A DNA stretch of 64,000 bases, from contig BCGN01000011.1 in NCBI GenBank assembly GCA_001599295.1, positions 124,001 through 188,000 of the forward strand, given 5' to 3'. Every line of letters begins with the position of its first letter. The stretch's first letter is position 1. The stretch is from Sporopachydermia quercuum (Eukaryota). This document shows positions 1 through 12,483 of this stretch, piece after piece. The notes beneath the pieces were generated by a model, which saw nothing but the letters and a program-made list of their open reading frames with translations, was not told the DNA's origin and did no database searches. A program made the translations under genes and the position numbers.

Positions 1-989
1 CAGCTTCTCAAAAGAACCCACCATACCGGCCAAATTATCAAATAAATCAAAAGTCCAGTCAAGCTTCCAAATGACAGATACCTCCTAGTAGATGGGGATC
101 TCATAAGGCCAGGATTGGCAACTAAAACTCTTGTATTATTTTTCCCATTATCAGGCCTTGGATAATCGTTTAATTCTTTCTGAAATCTAATAGCGAACAG
201 TGATAATGCAAGTTTGGAAGCACCAAATACTTTCCATGGTTTGTTTGATGGGTATGTTCTTTTGGTAAATGAAACATCGTCTAGGTTAAGGTCACCAACT
301 GCATTACTGGTGCAAGAGCATAGAATAACTCTTACATCTCTATCAATTGGTTGAACAGTCAAAGCCGGTCTTATCAAAGTGAGAAAATGATAGATTCCAA
401 GGTAATTCACTTGTGTTTGAACTTCCAGTCCATCAATAGTATGTCTTCTACCAAAACCAGGGTAATTACTAACATGATGACATAAAACAATCATATCCAA
501 TCTTCTGGCCGGTTTATTATCCAACCATTTAACAACAAACTTTCTTATTGAATGAAAATTTGCAAAATTGCATTCTTCTGCATAGATCAGCATATTACCA
601 GTGTCATCTCTTAGCTCATCTATATATTCAGCAAGCCATTGATCGTTGGTGTTTTTCACTAAGAGAATCAAATGCGCACCCTTTTTTGCTAGCTCTCTCG
701 CGACAACTGCTCCTGCGCCTGATGTTCCTCCCTAATAATGAACTGTTAGCATTCGATCTAATGTAATAGGAAATTAATGACAATAGATAATAGAGTGTGA
801 TCCTATACTTACACTTAATATAACCACTCTACCATGCATATTTCTGTCCCAAGTGTTTTCTTTTCCTGCCCAAAGCCATTTCAGGAAAACAATTAGCAGT
901 ATAGCAGATCCATATAGTTTAATTTGAGGCCAATAAGGAATTCCATCCGTACCTTTAATCAGTAGCGTATAAGCAACATTAACTGGCAT
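1..989 (-). CDS. PBR1: SDR-like ER oxidoreductase Pbr1 (YNL181W-like); 2 exons, 3' end runs off the window
   Basis: Exon 1 is 989-813 (MPVNVAYTLL...WDRNMHGRVVILS). Intron 812-732 has GTAAGT, branch TGCTAAC and TAG. Exon 2 from 731 reads GGTSGAGAVVARELAKKGAHLILL...FVVKWLDNKPARRLDMIVL, an SDR Rossmann motif plus a Pbr1-type segment. Confidence 0.85.
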
Positions 990-2180
990 TGTGATAGAAT
1001 ATGTCGTAACAGAATGAGACACAGCGCAAAGGAAAGAGAAATTGTTTAGGCGCTATGAAGAACAGAATAGTTAAAATAAACACTCCAATCGAAAATAATG
1101 AAAAAATTTTAAATTGGTAATATTCTGCGATCGTTGAAAACTTCACAGCAATGTTTTATTTCTAGATTACTGCAGTTTATTGATCTGAAGAGGTGAGAGA
1201 ATGCTTAGTGATGAGCGGTTAAGAGAACTAAGACGATCATATAGTTCATAGCAGCAGAACAATCACCAGATTCTAACACACAATTTAATACTGAACAGAA
1301 GTTAGAAATAAGTCTGCAAAACAAAATCCTCGCGTTAAACTATCCTTTAATAACAAATAATCAAAGATGAATCAGTAAGTATGACAATGAACTAACACGT
1401 TGGAAAAGAAAGAGAAAGTGAAGTACCATTTGGCATTTGGCTGGCAATTTAAAGTTGAAGCTTAATTTGAACATAATTAAGTTATACTGAATTAGGAAAT
1501 ATAATTGAACTTAAATAAAATTTCGGAGACGATGTGAATATCGCGGAAGTTATGAGGTAGTTACTTGATTTTGGACTGACTTTACATTCTAATAAATATT
1601 TCGCAAGCAATTAATGATTAATGGCCACTAAAGTAATATAAAGAGTAACAATCATGTCATGGGTTGGAATATGGGTAATTAATATGAAGTGGTTAGCTGT
1701 ATTATGATACGTTTTCAATAGTGGCAGGCAATTGCTACGGAGATCCATGCACAATTCTCTCTATACATTTATCTTGCTTCAAACTCTATTTGCAGCTTGA
1801 ATCGTTTTTACACCTTCATCATTGAGTCATAAAGAAGCAAAAAAAAAACCAAACAAGTGTTACCCACAAAGCGATTTAGTTACAATTACTTATTGATTCA
1901 AAACAAAAATGTGACCTTCATGTTAGTACCATCACTAAAGAGCTATCTCTAAATGGTATTCTTACATGCATTCATTGATTGTAGTACCTATACATACATT
2001 TCCATGCATAAACGTTAAACTCTAAAACAGCAGCCAAAAAATTTTCGTTATTATGGACCATTTCTATCTCTTTCTATTTACCATCAACAACAGTTCAATC
2101 ATAATCGAAATTCACCATTAGGTCAGTATAAAATCTATTAAAGTTCCCTCAAAACTGACAATTCTCTCAANTCATCTCAA

Positions 2181-3905
2181 ATGGAAGAAATCCTACTAAT
2201 ATCTTCACAGCCTNAGGCTGTGAAAACTGTTAACTCTCTATCATTTCCTGAATCAGTTATTTCAGTATTTGACCTTCATAATCATTCACATATTTCAACT
2301 TTTAAGAATAACACTTCTCCGGAGAAGTCAGTTTTTGTTAATGATACGTTCATAATAACCAGTCAAATTGGTAAACCTATCCTAAATGTGTATTTATGGG
2401 GCAAAGAATCATTACATCAAAAGATTATTATACCTGAGGCTCTCACTTGTATAGATATTATAGATCTACAAGACAACAATCATAACGATAACAAGAGCCA
2501 GATCTTTGGCTATAATCACCGAAATGTGAATTACAATATCGAAAGCAAATATGTTAACCAAGCAAATATTCCTTGGCTTTTAGCCGGTGGCACAGCATCA
2601 GGAAAGATATACCTATGGGATCTTCTATCAGGAGATCTACTGATAGTCAAACAAGCCCATTACCAAAGAATCAATGTTATCAGATTCACAAATGATGCAA
2701 CCTTTTTGTTAACCGGATCAAGTGATGCTCGTGTTATTGGCTGGAGTTTACTTGATTTGGTAGTAAATTCTTCTAATTCTTCAGCTTCTTCCGATTCAGT
2801 AGACTCAGCCTTTATATGGTCAGATCATTCATTAGCCATTAATGACTTGGTTATAAGCAAATGTTCAAAGTATCAAGATACAAGAGTGTTCACATGCTCA
2901 AAAGATGGCACATTGGGTGTTTATGATTTATTAACGAAAGAAAGAATTTGCTTGTTCACTCTTAATTTGGAGATTCTAACATTATGTTTAGACCCATGCG
3001 AGAGAAGCATTTACTTAGGATTAGCCAATGGAGTAATCAAACATGTTAAACTTATAGCAATACAAGGAAATAAGCTAGTTAGTACTATTGGTGATGACAT
3101 TGTTAAGGATATTGACAAAGAAGTAGAATTAAATCATCATTTACAATCTGCTAGTACTAGCTCTACTGATAGCGATTCAATGTCCAATACTGTGAGAATA
3201 ACATCTCTTGCGTTATCTATTGATGGCACTATACTTGTATCGGGTGACTCCAAAGCAAATGTGTTTATTGCCAATACCCATTCCGGTCAAATCATACGGA
3301 AAATCAATAACCATAGAAATACGGGTGCTATTACTAATGTTAATATATTCACCAAGCCAAAGAAGCAATCACTTGGAGGTAGTAGCGATGAAACCAGCAA
3401 TAACAGTAGCAATGTGAATAATAATAGTAATAATAATGGAAATCGTGGTTCTATTGCTAGTTTGTTCAAATCAATTGAAAAACATAAATTGCCTCAATTG
3501 AAAAGAGTAATTGGCAATAGTAGTTCTATTTGGATCCAAATACCAAGTGGCATTGACAACATCGATGATGATGGATATGACGACGATATCACGGGTAACA
3601 TTCCTTATAGTGATACTTTACAGTATACTACATCTACTATTGAAAGAGATTTACTATTAATTGATCAGTTGGACAAAGGATCGAAGGCAGTAGATAAGAT
3701 ATCGTTTGGTGATGACGGTGAGTTGGATAAGAAGACTATTAATGTTAGTAGGAATGATAGTAGTAATGGTGATAACCTTAAACATATCAAAAAGCTTGAA
3801 GGAGAATTAGAGAAAAGTAAGAAAGGTTACAAGGAGCTTAGAGAACTTCACGATAAGCTATTCATTGAGTTTATGGCTTTGAAGAAGAAGAATGCAAGAA
3901 AGTAA
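2181..3905 (+). CDS. IPI3: WD40 pre-rRNA processing protein Ipi3 (Rix1 complex)
   Basis: 574-aa ORF with WD40 repeats (GKIYLWDLLSGDLL, AHYQRINVIRF, WSDHSLAINDL) and a C-terminal coiled coil typical of Ipi3/WDR18. Confidence 0.85.
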   Translation: MEEILLISSQPXAVKTVNSLSFPESVISVFDLHNHSHISTFKNNTSPEKSVFVNDTFIITSQIGKPILNVYLWGKESLHQKIIIPEALTCIDIIDLQDNNHNDNKSQIFGYNHRNVNYNIESKYVNQANIPWLLAGGTASGKIYLWDLLSGDLLIVKQAHYQRINVIRFTNDATFLLTGSSDARVIGWSLLDLVVNSSNSSASSDSVDSAFIWSDHSLAINDLVISKCSKYQDTRVFTCSKDGTLGVYDLLTKERICLFTLNLEILTLCLDPCERSIYLGLANGVIKHVKLIAIQGNKLVSTIGDDIVKDIDKEVELNHHLQSASTSSTDSDSMSNTVRITSLALSIDGTILVSGDSKANVFIANTHSGQIIRKINNHRNTGAITNVNIFTKPKKQSLGGSSDETSNNSSNVNNNSNNNGNRGSIASLFKSIEKHKLPQLKRVIGNSSSIWIQIPSGIDNIDDDGYDDDITGNIPYSDTLQYTTSTIERDLLLIDQLDKGSKAVDKISFGDDGELDKKTINVSRNDSSNGDNLKHIKKLEGELEKSKKGYKELRELHDKLFIEFMALKKKNARK

Positions 3906-4979
3906 TATAAACTTTAGTATAAGTATGAATATAACACGAGTACAGAATAATATAAATAGCTTCTAAATGACCTATGTAGAATAATGTCACACTTGTAATA
4001 TATTATGTTGTATGAGTATAATCGGTGTAATCAAGGTAATGAATGTACTCATGCTGATTGAAGAGCTTCTTCTAGACGATCTCCTACAGTATATGCAATA
4101 GAAATCGTAGAAACTGACTTTCCTTTGTGTTGTGTATTTCCTTCTATCTTCAACCAAGACAACCATTACTATCAGTTGACGATTTATGCATTTATATGTA
4201 TTTTCATTCCTGGATAATTAGAAATAAACAGTATAATACACCGTAAGACCAGGAAAAAAATCACTCATAAAAATCCTGCGGTCTTGGATAATCTTCCTCA
4301 TCTGCAAATGAGCCAATTATTTAGTTAGATGTCTTCAACAAGTTCTTCAGCATTGATATTTTTCGTACTAGATTTCTCTACCTTCTGCTTCATAAAGATG
4401 CTTGAACGTTGTTATCTTTGTATGATTGAACGTTAAGTAGTATAGAAACTTGAAAAATATAGTCGTGATCAACAGATAAACTGAAAACGCAGCACACAAG
4501 ATATTGAATAGGGCTAATATGAACGATTGTAACTCATATTTGACCCTGTGATGAATATTAGTGGAATATATGCTAATATATATGCTAGACTGTCTCGCTT
4601 TCAGGAACTCAGAGCTCCAGTCCACAGGCTGATGCTTCAAACTTGAAGTTTATAGATACTTATTGTTACTATTAGAATACAGTTAATATATGTTTCATGT
4701 AAAGTATTAACCATCAACTATCAGCTATAGTGAAAAATCGAGCAGATTTCACAGCTGACACCAGCCAGTTGGTATTTCATTGATGCTTTTGATGAAGCCA
4801 ACGAGTAAGAGCCATATCGTTTTAAGTGATATGACAATTGGCTGCTATTATGGTAGATGTTATTATTCTTTTGATGTGCAGTATTATGCTGATATGTAAA
4901 TGCCAAGTCGATTCTCAGCAAGTAATCCTTTTATAACAGCTTCTCTTACTATACTATAATTATTAGACTCATTGTGTGA

Positions 4980-5507
4980 TTACTTTTCATCAGGTGGTGG
5001 AGATAAAGCCCTGTTGAATCCACCACTTCTATTCATATACTGACGGAACTTCGATGATTTATCTTTTCTTACTGCACCAATATTTGAATGTTTTTTATCC
5101 TTTGTTGTCCCAAATGATCCAAACCCCATCATTTGAGCCATCAGTGCTGAAGGATCAGTTTCTGTGATATTGTCAACAAAATCGCCATTCGAATGGTTAT
5201 TTTTATCACTATGGACATTGCCATTGATAGCCTTCGAGTTCTCAGTGACTTTTGGTTCAACAGACCTACCGCGTGGTGTTTCGTCGTAATCAAAGTCAGT
5301 ATTCTTTCCGTCATTACTACTAATATCATATATTTGGTCGTCCTTTCTTTCAGACCTTCTCGTCATTCCGTCACCAATATCACCATGATCATTTCGTCTA
5401 CTATTACTTCGTGACCTTCTTGGGTTGGTATTGTACCTACCACCAGGAGATTTCGACCGATTCACATTTCTCTTCATTCGCTCTTGATGAGGGGTAGCTA
5501 AACTCAT
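4980..5507 (-). CDS. U4/U6.U5 tri-snRNP 27 kDa protein (SNRNP27-like)
   Basis: Arg/Ser-rich N-terminus followed by the family signature MMGFGSFGTTK...FRQYMNRSGGFNRALSP. Confidence 0.85.
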   Translation of the reverse strand: MSLATPHQERMKRNVNRSKSPGGRYNTNPRRSRSNSRRNDHGDIGDGMTRRSERKDDQIYDISSNDGKNTDFDYDETPRGRSVEPKVTENSKAINGNVHSDKNNHSNGDFVDNITETDPSALMAQMMGFGSFGTTKDKKHSNIGAVRKDKSSKFRQYMNRSGGFNRALSPPPDEK

Positions 5508-6522
5508 GTTAATATATGAGTTTTAACNGCAAAAAACGCAATATTCTTTATCAGCAAAGCCAAACTGTGAAACTGTTAATCATTTAGCACTTACAAGATC
5601 GTTTTCTTCTTTCCACCATTGTGGTTGGTGAAGGCAGCTGATATCTGATGAATAAGGAATCTATGAGACTGCGAATCTGTGAAACTAGATGAATCACGAG
5701 CTTACTTCAGATAATATAAGCAATCAAAACAATGGGCAATGCTGAAAAAACTGGAATGAATATTCAAAGGATGATGAATAAATTAAATCAAACAGATTAT
5801 TAGCTGACCAACAATCAATCAGAAGTGAACAAATAAATGTATGGCAAAGGCAAGAAAAATAGAGTTAAAAAATAATAAGCCGAAATCTGCAATATTAATG
5901 CAGGTTTGATTATAATCCCAAAGTGGCCGTGAAGACTAACCGAGAAGCAACTAACGCAAGATCTACTCAGACAATAGAGAAAAGGGATTTCGGAGAAAAC
6001 TGATTGAAAAGTACGAAGAATCACGGCAAATTCTTGAAGATAAGAAAATAAAACCAGGCAAAGGCCACATAGACATTTTCCTTTTAATCAAACTACAGTT
6101 CAACGATGTATCCCTAGATCACTTTAAAGTAGCCTTAAAAGCAAGCGGATAGAACTACAAAAATCGAACTTTAATTCCAAACTTACATATATCTTGCATA
6201 TGAATATACTAACTTAATTTCACATATTAAACAAAAATTTTCGTTTCTATGATGAAACTTTTCCATTGTAACAAGTTAAATTGTTTATCTTATAGCCTAT
6301 GAATAGAATAAGATGCTAAAGAGTATATAAAGATTGGCAGTAAAAACAAAGTACTGTCCTCATTTTTGTTATTCTTGTTGATTTGAAAATTTAACTGTGT
6401 TACTATTAGTAATACATTTCGGGAAATATATCAAGAACTGTGAATTGTATTGCATCGTCTATCTACTACTCTAGTATACATACCTTTTTTTTGGAAATAG
6501 TACAGATAAATATAAAAATATC

Positions 6523-7236
6523 ATGGAGACAGAGAAACTCACAAAAAAGCAGAGAAAGGCTTTAGAATTCAGGAATAAGAAGCAGGGTATTATAACCGAG
6601 AAACCAAAGAAACGTAAAGCTGATGCTATTGATGGTGATGGTGATGGTATAGATACGAGGTCCACAACAGAGAGTTCTACAGGAAATGACTCGACAACTA
6701 TATCTACATCAACTTTAATATCTAAACAATCGACTATAGTAGATNCAAATGCTCAGCCAAAGAAGAAAAGAAGAAGAGGCAAGAAACCTAATAACAATGG
6801 AACAGAAGGACCAAGATTTATCCTGTTTGTTGGTAACTTACCTTATAACATAACGGAAGAAGAGCTCTTGAAACATTTCAAACCTAGTGAACCAACATCG
6901 GCTAGAATCAGGCAAGAGAAAGGTATTGCATTTATCGAATTCACAGGCGAAGATATAAGGAAACGAATGGGAGTTGCTTTAAAGCTGCATCATACCGTGA
7001 TAGGCAAGAGAAAGATTAATGTTGAGTTGACTGCTGGTGCTGGTGGTAATAGTGAAGGAAGGCGACTAAAGATAAAAGAGAAGAATGAGAAACTAAACGA
7101 AGAACGAAAGGTAAGAATTGCCGAAGAAGAAAGGGAAAGGAAAGAAAAAATCAAAGGTAAGAGAAGTGAGAAAAGTGAGAAAAGGGAAAGAGTTCCTATA
7201 GTTCATCCGTCAAGAATGAACATAGTGAAAGACTGA
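6523..7236 (+). CDS. NOP6: Nucleolar RRM protein Nop6
   Basis: KLTKKQRKALEFR N-terminus, RRM (RFILFVGNLPY...KGIAFIEF...RKINVELTAGAGGNS) and C-terminal VHPSR. Confidence 0.85.
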   Translation: METEKLTKKQRKALEFRNKKQGIITEKPKKRKADAIDGDGDGIDTRSTTESSTGNDSTTISTSTLISKQSTIVDXNAQPKKKRRRGKKPNNNGTEGPRFILFVGNLPYNITEEELLKHFKPSEPTSARIRQEKGIAFIEFTGEDIRKRMGVALKLHHTVIGKRKINVELTAGAGGNSEGRRLKIKEKNEKLNEERKVRIAEEERERKEKIKGKRSEKSEKRERVPIVHPSRMNIVKD

Positions 7237-7663
7237 AAGAAAATAATTTTATTATACAAATAGTGCAGCAAAAGATAATGATATATGCTACAAACAAGTT
7301 ATAATGTGTTTAGTCTGGAATTCATGACTTCTTTTTACAAGTTTTCAGCTATTTTTAGTGAATCACAGCAAAATGTTACTTCATGGGGGGTAAGTGAAAA
7401 AAACAATCTATATCATAGGAGCAATTTTCATACTATTGGGGACTGGAAAGAAGATGTCAATCTATAGAGAGATAACCTATTTTAGTTCTAATAATTTTAT
7501 TCAGTAGATATACCAGTAGAAAATATGGTTTTGTAGGTAAAACGAAACAAATGAGTGACACTATATGTCAATTAAACAAGTACATTTGATTAGCAATAGT
7601 AGTACAAAGACATCAAAACAATTAAATCTCTATTATTAAATAAGTAAATACAGTACATTAAAT

Positions 7664-9123
7664 CTAAAAAATCACACATTTTCTCTTACGTTTCTTTAAT
7701 CCTGAATTAGTCTTATTCTTTGCTTTCTGGTGCTGTTGATCATTTGGCCATGGTACGTTACTTGTCTGGTTGACGCCAACAATGTTGCCTGATCTTGAAG
7801 CAGCATTGTTGTCTGTAGTTGCATTTACTGTACCAGCAGACTCCGTAGTCTTAGCAGTTTTGCCTGCATCAGAAACAGGGTTCAGTACTGCACTAATTGC
7901 TTCATCAAATACCTCCTTTACACCTTTTTGGGTCATAGCTGAACATTCAAGGTATTCCACAGCACCGACTTCTTTTGCTAAATCTAGTCCTTCTTGATAA
8001 GTTATAGGTTCCGATCCAGTTTCTGCTAGGACGTCAATCGATTCTAAGTCGTCTCTTAAATCAACTTTAGTTCCTACTAGGATAATTGCAACACCTGGTG
8101 CGTGATGCTTTAGTTCAGGTACCCACTGAATAGTGTTAATAACATAATATGAATAAAAGATTCAAACGAATAAGGCATTGATTCTGATAGGAATACAATT
8201 GAGATAGATACTATGAATCGATCAGGATAACATATAATGATATTCAAGTGGATAAGATTCGGTCAGTTTCATCTGTTCACAAAATCAATGTGTCTCCACA
8301 GATGACAATGAAAACAGTATTGCCAATCAGTTTGTCCTCAATTCTTATAACGGCAATTAAATCAAAACTCTTGATCATACATCGCTTCATTTTCTTTCTT
8401 GTCTACCTCTTCATAATATCTCATATCATATAAACACCAATCCCTCAGAACAAAATCATCACTTACTTTTGTCTTTACATTAGCGAAAGACTGAGGTTGA
8501 ACAATTGAAAAACATAAAAGAAAGACTTCGGTTTGAGGGTAAGAAAGTGGTCGTAATCTATCATAATCTTCCTGTCCAGCAGTATCCCATAATCCTAAAT
8601 TAATTGGTTCACCATCGACCATAACAGTTGTTGAATAATTATCAAACCTACCACGAGAAGAAAAGTAGTGTTAGAATATATAATAAGTAACTGCTTTATC
8701 GTTGAACAACTAATCAATAAACAAATATTGATACAGTACTTGATGGAACCTTTGCTTTAACATACACTGTTGGAACATATTCTCCTTCAAATGTGTCATT
8801 GGTGTAACTGATTAGTAAACTAGTTTTACCAACGAAACTGTACAATCGATAGGTTAGTAGAGAACAAAAAGAATCAAATGAGATACAAGATATACGATAG
8901 TGATAGAAATACAACAAAAATCAAAATGCTCCTTGATTTACTGCTCTCGGAAGCTGCTTGAATAAATTGCTGTACAATTCNAGTTCGGGCCGCACAAGTT
9001 TTTCAGAACGGTTTACATGCCACAATAGCAGCGACATTTCACTATCTACTGACAATTTGATTCCAGGAACCAAAGAAAAACAACGTACCCATCACCAACG
9101 ACAACACATTTAATTTCTCTCAT
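7664..9123 (-). CDS. RAC1: Rac/Rho5-type small GTPase, 4 exons, about 249 aa, with CAAX box
   Basis: Exons are 9123-9089, 8837-8766, 8647-8467 and 8125-7664. Introns are GTACGT/TACTAAC/CAG, GTATGT/TTCTAAC/TAG and GTAAGT/TATTAAC/CAG. Spliced product: [69 protein letters not shown]56 is the Rac signature. Confidence 0.85.
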
Positions 9124-10908
9124 GATGCAGTTCTTATCGGTAATTACAATGATTGATCTGATAGAGCTGATAGAGCTGACTGGTTTGAACAACTATTGAT
9201 ATGCTACAATTAATTGATTGATACACAACAAATCAAACAGCCAAACATTCACCAATTAATTATCTGAATTTACAATAAATTCATTAAACAAAAATAGCTA
9301 TTCTGTTATTGATTATAGTAATATTAGCAATAATGACAATCATTGATATACCTCTCATTTTTTTTTCTTATTTTTTTCACATTTTCATTGAATTGAAAGG
9401 AGAAAAGAAAAAATGAATATTTATTCTTTTGGTTATGCTTAACAAAAAATCTATTATATAAATAAGGTTTTTGTTTTATCGATCGACATAAAGTTGTCCT
9501 CAATTGATTTACGGGGAAATGAGCGAGTAAGAAAACGAGCCGTAGAATAACAGATTTGATAGACGTATTAATATATTAATATATAAATACACCAGAATTG
9601 AATAAATACTAATATTAAAGGCTTCTCCCAATATGTAAATACTGTTGAGTTGCTTTCGTCATAGTCGTGATGAAAGTTCGGAAATGATCTACTTATGTTA
9701 TTTCTCTTCGGGCATTCTCCATACCCAAAAACCATAACATAAATTACATCAAGCTCATTATAGTTCATCTTCTCCTTTTTCATGCCTATGCCTATAAAGG
9801 AAGCCAATGGTTACGTTAGTTTCATTATACCCATAAAAAAAATTGATGAACTGTGAGTTGACATGTTTGGGATTAAATGAATGTAGATGAAAGTTGCAAA
9901 GGAATTTTTTCTTCAAACTGTGTCGACTGTATTGCTGAAATGTTTCTCGTCATTCAGATCTCCGCCCTGAATTAAACACTTACAGATATTATAATCAATA
10001 CTTTGACTAGGTCATCAAACATCTGATTATTGATTGTTGGTGTGAAAATATGCAATAATCATGTGAGTTTTATTTTACGTTCTGATGCGATTTTGTGAGA
10101 AAAGTTCAGTTTCGCACAATCGATTCAACGAAAGCCCCAATTCTTCTCGAAGAGAAGGGTTATTGGACAGTTGATCCTTTTAGTAAAAAATTCATCCATT
10201 TTTGGTATCGATGAAATATTTGTGAGTGTGAGTTTTACGGACAGGCAGTGAGATTTTTGACTACAAGCGAAAATCAGAAGTAAATATGTAGATGGTTGAA
10301 TTTGAAGTTGAAGTTGAAATTGAATTGATTAATTGTTTTGATTAAATAAACTGGAGAATTTTTGATTAAATCCTTTTGTTGGTTNTTACTAAAGGACTGA
10401 AACGCGTGAAGGAAATGAAATGTTAATCAGTGCCCACAGTTCCTGCTGGACACTTAGCTGATATAAGAATGGTTTGCAGTACTGTAATATAGCTAAGGAA
10501 CCCATGGTATAATTCTATCCATCAAGCTTGTTTATGAATTGATTTTCAATTAGAAAGTAAATAGAAGCATTATAAGCAAGAATATGTACAATTTTGATAA
10601 TATCTACGATTAAACTGACCATCAAAAGGACTCTCAATCTAGTTCAAATGTCCTGTGATGCTGTGAAATCCTGTAGGCTGCACAACACATTATCGAACAT
10701 AGGATCCAGATAATGAAATTTCTGATACTTGACAAGATGCGGATCATCTGGATTATCAGGTTTCTTATTATTTCAATCTCAATTCTTATTATTATTAGTC
10801 AAACTCCTCAACTCTACACAAATAAGAATTCAGATTCATTCACGTTTAACTTTTATTAACTAAATAAATATAAACTCATAACATACTTGTTCTCACAACA
10901 CCTAACAC

Positions 10909-12483
10909 TTAGTACTTAGGAGCAGTAACCTTAGTTCTCACAGCCTTGGTTTGAGTGTAATTGTCCAAAGCTTGAGCACCCATTTCTCTGCCAACACCAG
11001 ACTCATTAAATCCACCAAAAGGAACATTGTGATGGAAGTTGTTGTAACAATTGATCCAAACTGTACCAGCAGTTAAACGAGCAGCAACGTCATGGGCCTT
11101 ATTGACGTCAGTTGTGTGAATACCAGCAGCTAAACCGTAAACGGAGTTATTAGCCTTTTCAACAACTTCGTCAACAGATGAAAACTTGCTCAAAGTAACA
11201 ACAGGTCCGAAAATTTCTTCCTTAACAACATGCATATCTTCTGTAACATCAGAGAAAATAGTAGGGGCAACAAAGTATCCCTTGTCACCAATTCTACTAC
11301 CACCAGTTAAAACGGTGGCACCTTCTTTCTTACCAGTTTCAACATATCCTAAAATCTTGTCCAATTGGTTTTGAGACGTCTGAGCACCTTGGAAAGTTTC
11401 AGGGTCAAAAGGGTTTCCAACCTTGACGGACTCAGCAGCCTTCTTGAAAGCAGCAGCAACTTCGTCATAGACAGTGTCTTGAACGTAAACACGAGAACCA
11501 GCACAGCAGACTTCACCAGAGTTGTAGAAAATACCTAAGGTGATGTTTTCAACGGCTTGTTTGATATCAGCGTCAGCGAAAACAATATTGGGGGATTTAC
11601 CACCTAACTCCAAAGTGACCTTCTTAATGTTGCCAGCAGCAGCCTTCATGATGTGCTTACCAGTAGCAGTTGAACCAGTGAAAGCAACCTTCTTGATCTT
11701 AGGATGAGTAGCAATTGCTTCACCGGTGATTCTTCCGAAACCAGAAACAACGTTCAAGACACCCGGTGGGAAACCAGCTTCCTTGACCAGCTTGGCAGCA
11801 TATAAAGCTGATAAAGGAGTAGATTCAGCGGTTTTGATAACGACAGTATTACCAGTAGCTAAAGCAGGACCAATCTTCCAAGAAAACATCAACAATGGGA
11901 AATTCCATGGGATAATTTGACCACAAACACCCAAAGGTTCTCTTCTGGTATAGTTGAAGTATTCAGGACCAGTTTCAATAACGCTTCCAAATACCTTATC
12001 AGCCCATTCACCCATGTTTCTGATACAAGCAGCTGATAATGCGACATCACCTTTGGCAAGTTGAATAGCCTTACCGTTATCGAGGGTTTCAATTGATGCT
12101 AAGACTTCGGCGTGTTCGTCAATCAAATCAGCAAGCTTGCTAAGTAAACGGCCTCTTTCTGTTGGATCGACATTCTTCCAGGTTTTGAATGCAACTTCTG
12201 CAGCTTCAACAGCAGCATCGACATCACTTTCACGTGCTTCGTACACATGAGTTACCTCTTCTTCCGTAGATGGCGACAAAACTTCAAAGGTTTTTCCGTG
12301 CTTAGAAGCAACGAACTCATTGTTAATGAATAAACCAGTTGGTTGTTCATACTTAACGCCATTAGGTAGAGTTAAAGGAACTGATAATGGCAATGTAGAA
12401 TAGTATTTAGAGGAAAGGAGCACCATTCCCCTTTGAACTGTGGGAACAGCGGGTCGGGCGAATCTGATAGTTCTGGATAGCAT
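10909..12483 (-). CDS. Mitochondrial aldehyde dehydrogenase (Ald4/Ald5 family)
   Basis: ATG at 12483 begins an Arg-rich presequence ([10 protein letters not shown]). Motifs [23 protein letters not shown], catalytic EVCCAG and EEIFGP are present. Confidence 0.92.
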   Translation of the reverse strand: MLSRTIRFARPAVPTVQRGMVLLSSKYYSTLPLSVPLTLPNGVKYEQPTGLFINNEFVASKHGKTFEVLSPSTEEEVTHVYEARESDVDAAVEAAEVAFKTWKNVDPTERGRLLSKLADLIDEHAEVLASIETLDNGKAIQLAKGDVALSAACIRNMGEWADKVFGSVIETGPEYFNYTRREPLGVCGQIIPWNFPLLMFSWKIGPALATGNTVVIKTAESTPLSALYAAKLVKEAGFPPGVLNVVSGFGRITGEAIATHPKIKKVAFTGSTATGKHIMKAAAGNIKKVTLELGGKSPNIVFADADIKQAVENITLGIFYNSGEVCCAGSRVYVQDTVYDEVAAAFKKAAESVKVGNPFDPETFQGAQTSQNQLDKILGYVETGKKEGATVLTGGSRIGDKGYFVAPTIFSDVTEDMHVVKEEIFGPVVTLSKFSSVDEVVEKANNSVYGLAAGIHTTDVNKAHDVAARLTAGTVWINCYNNFHHNVPFGGFNESGVGREMGAQALDNYTQTKAVRTKVTAPKY

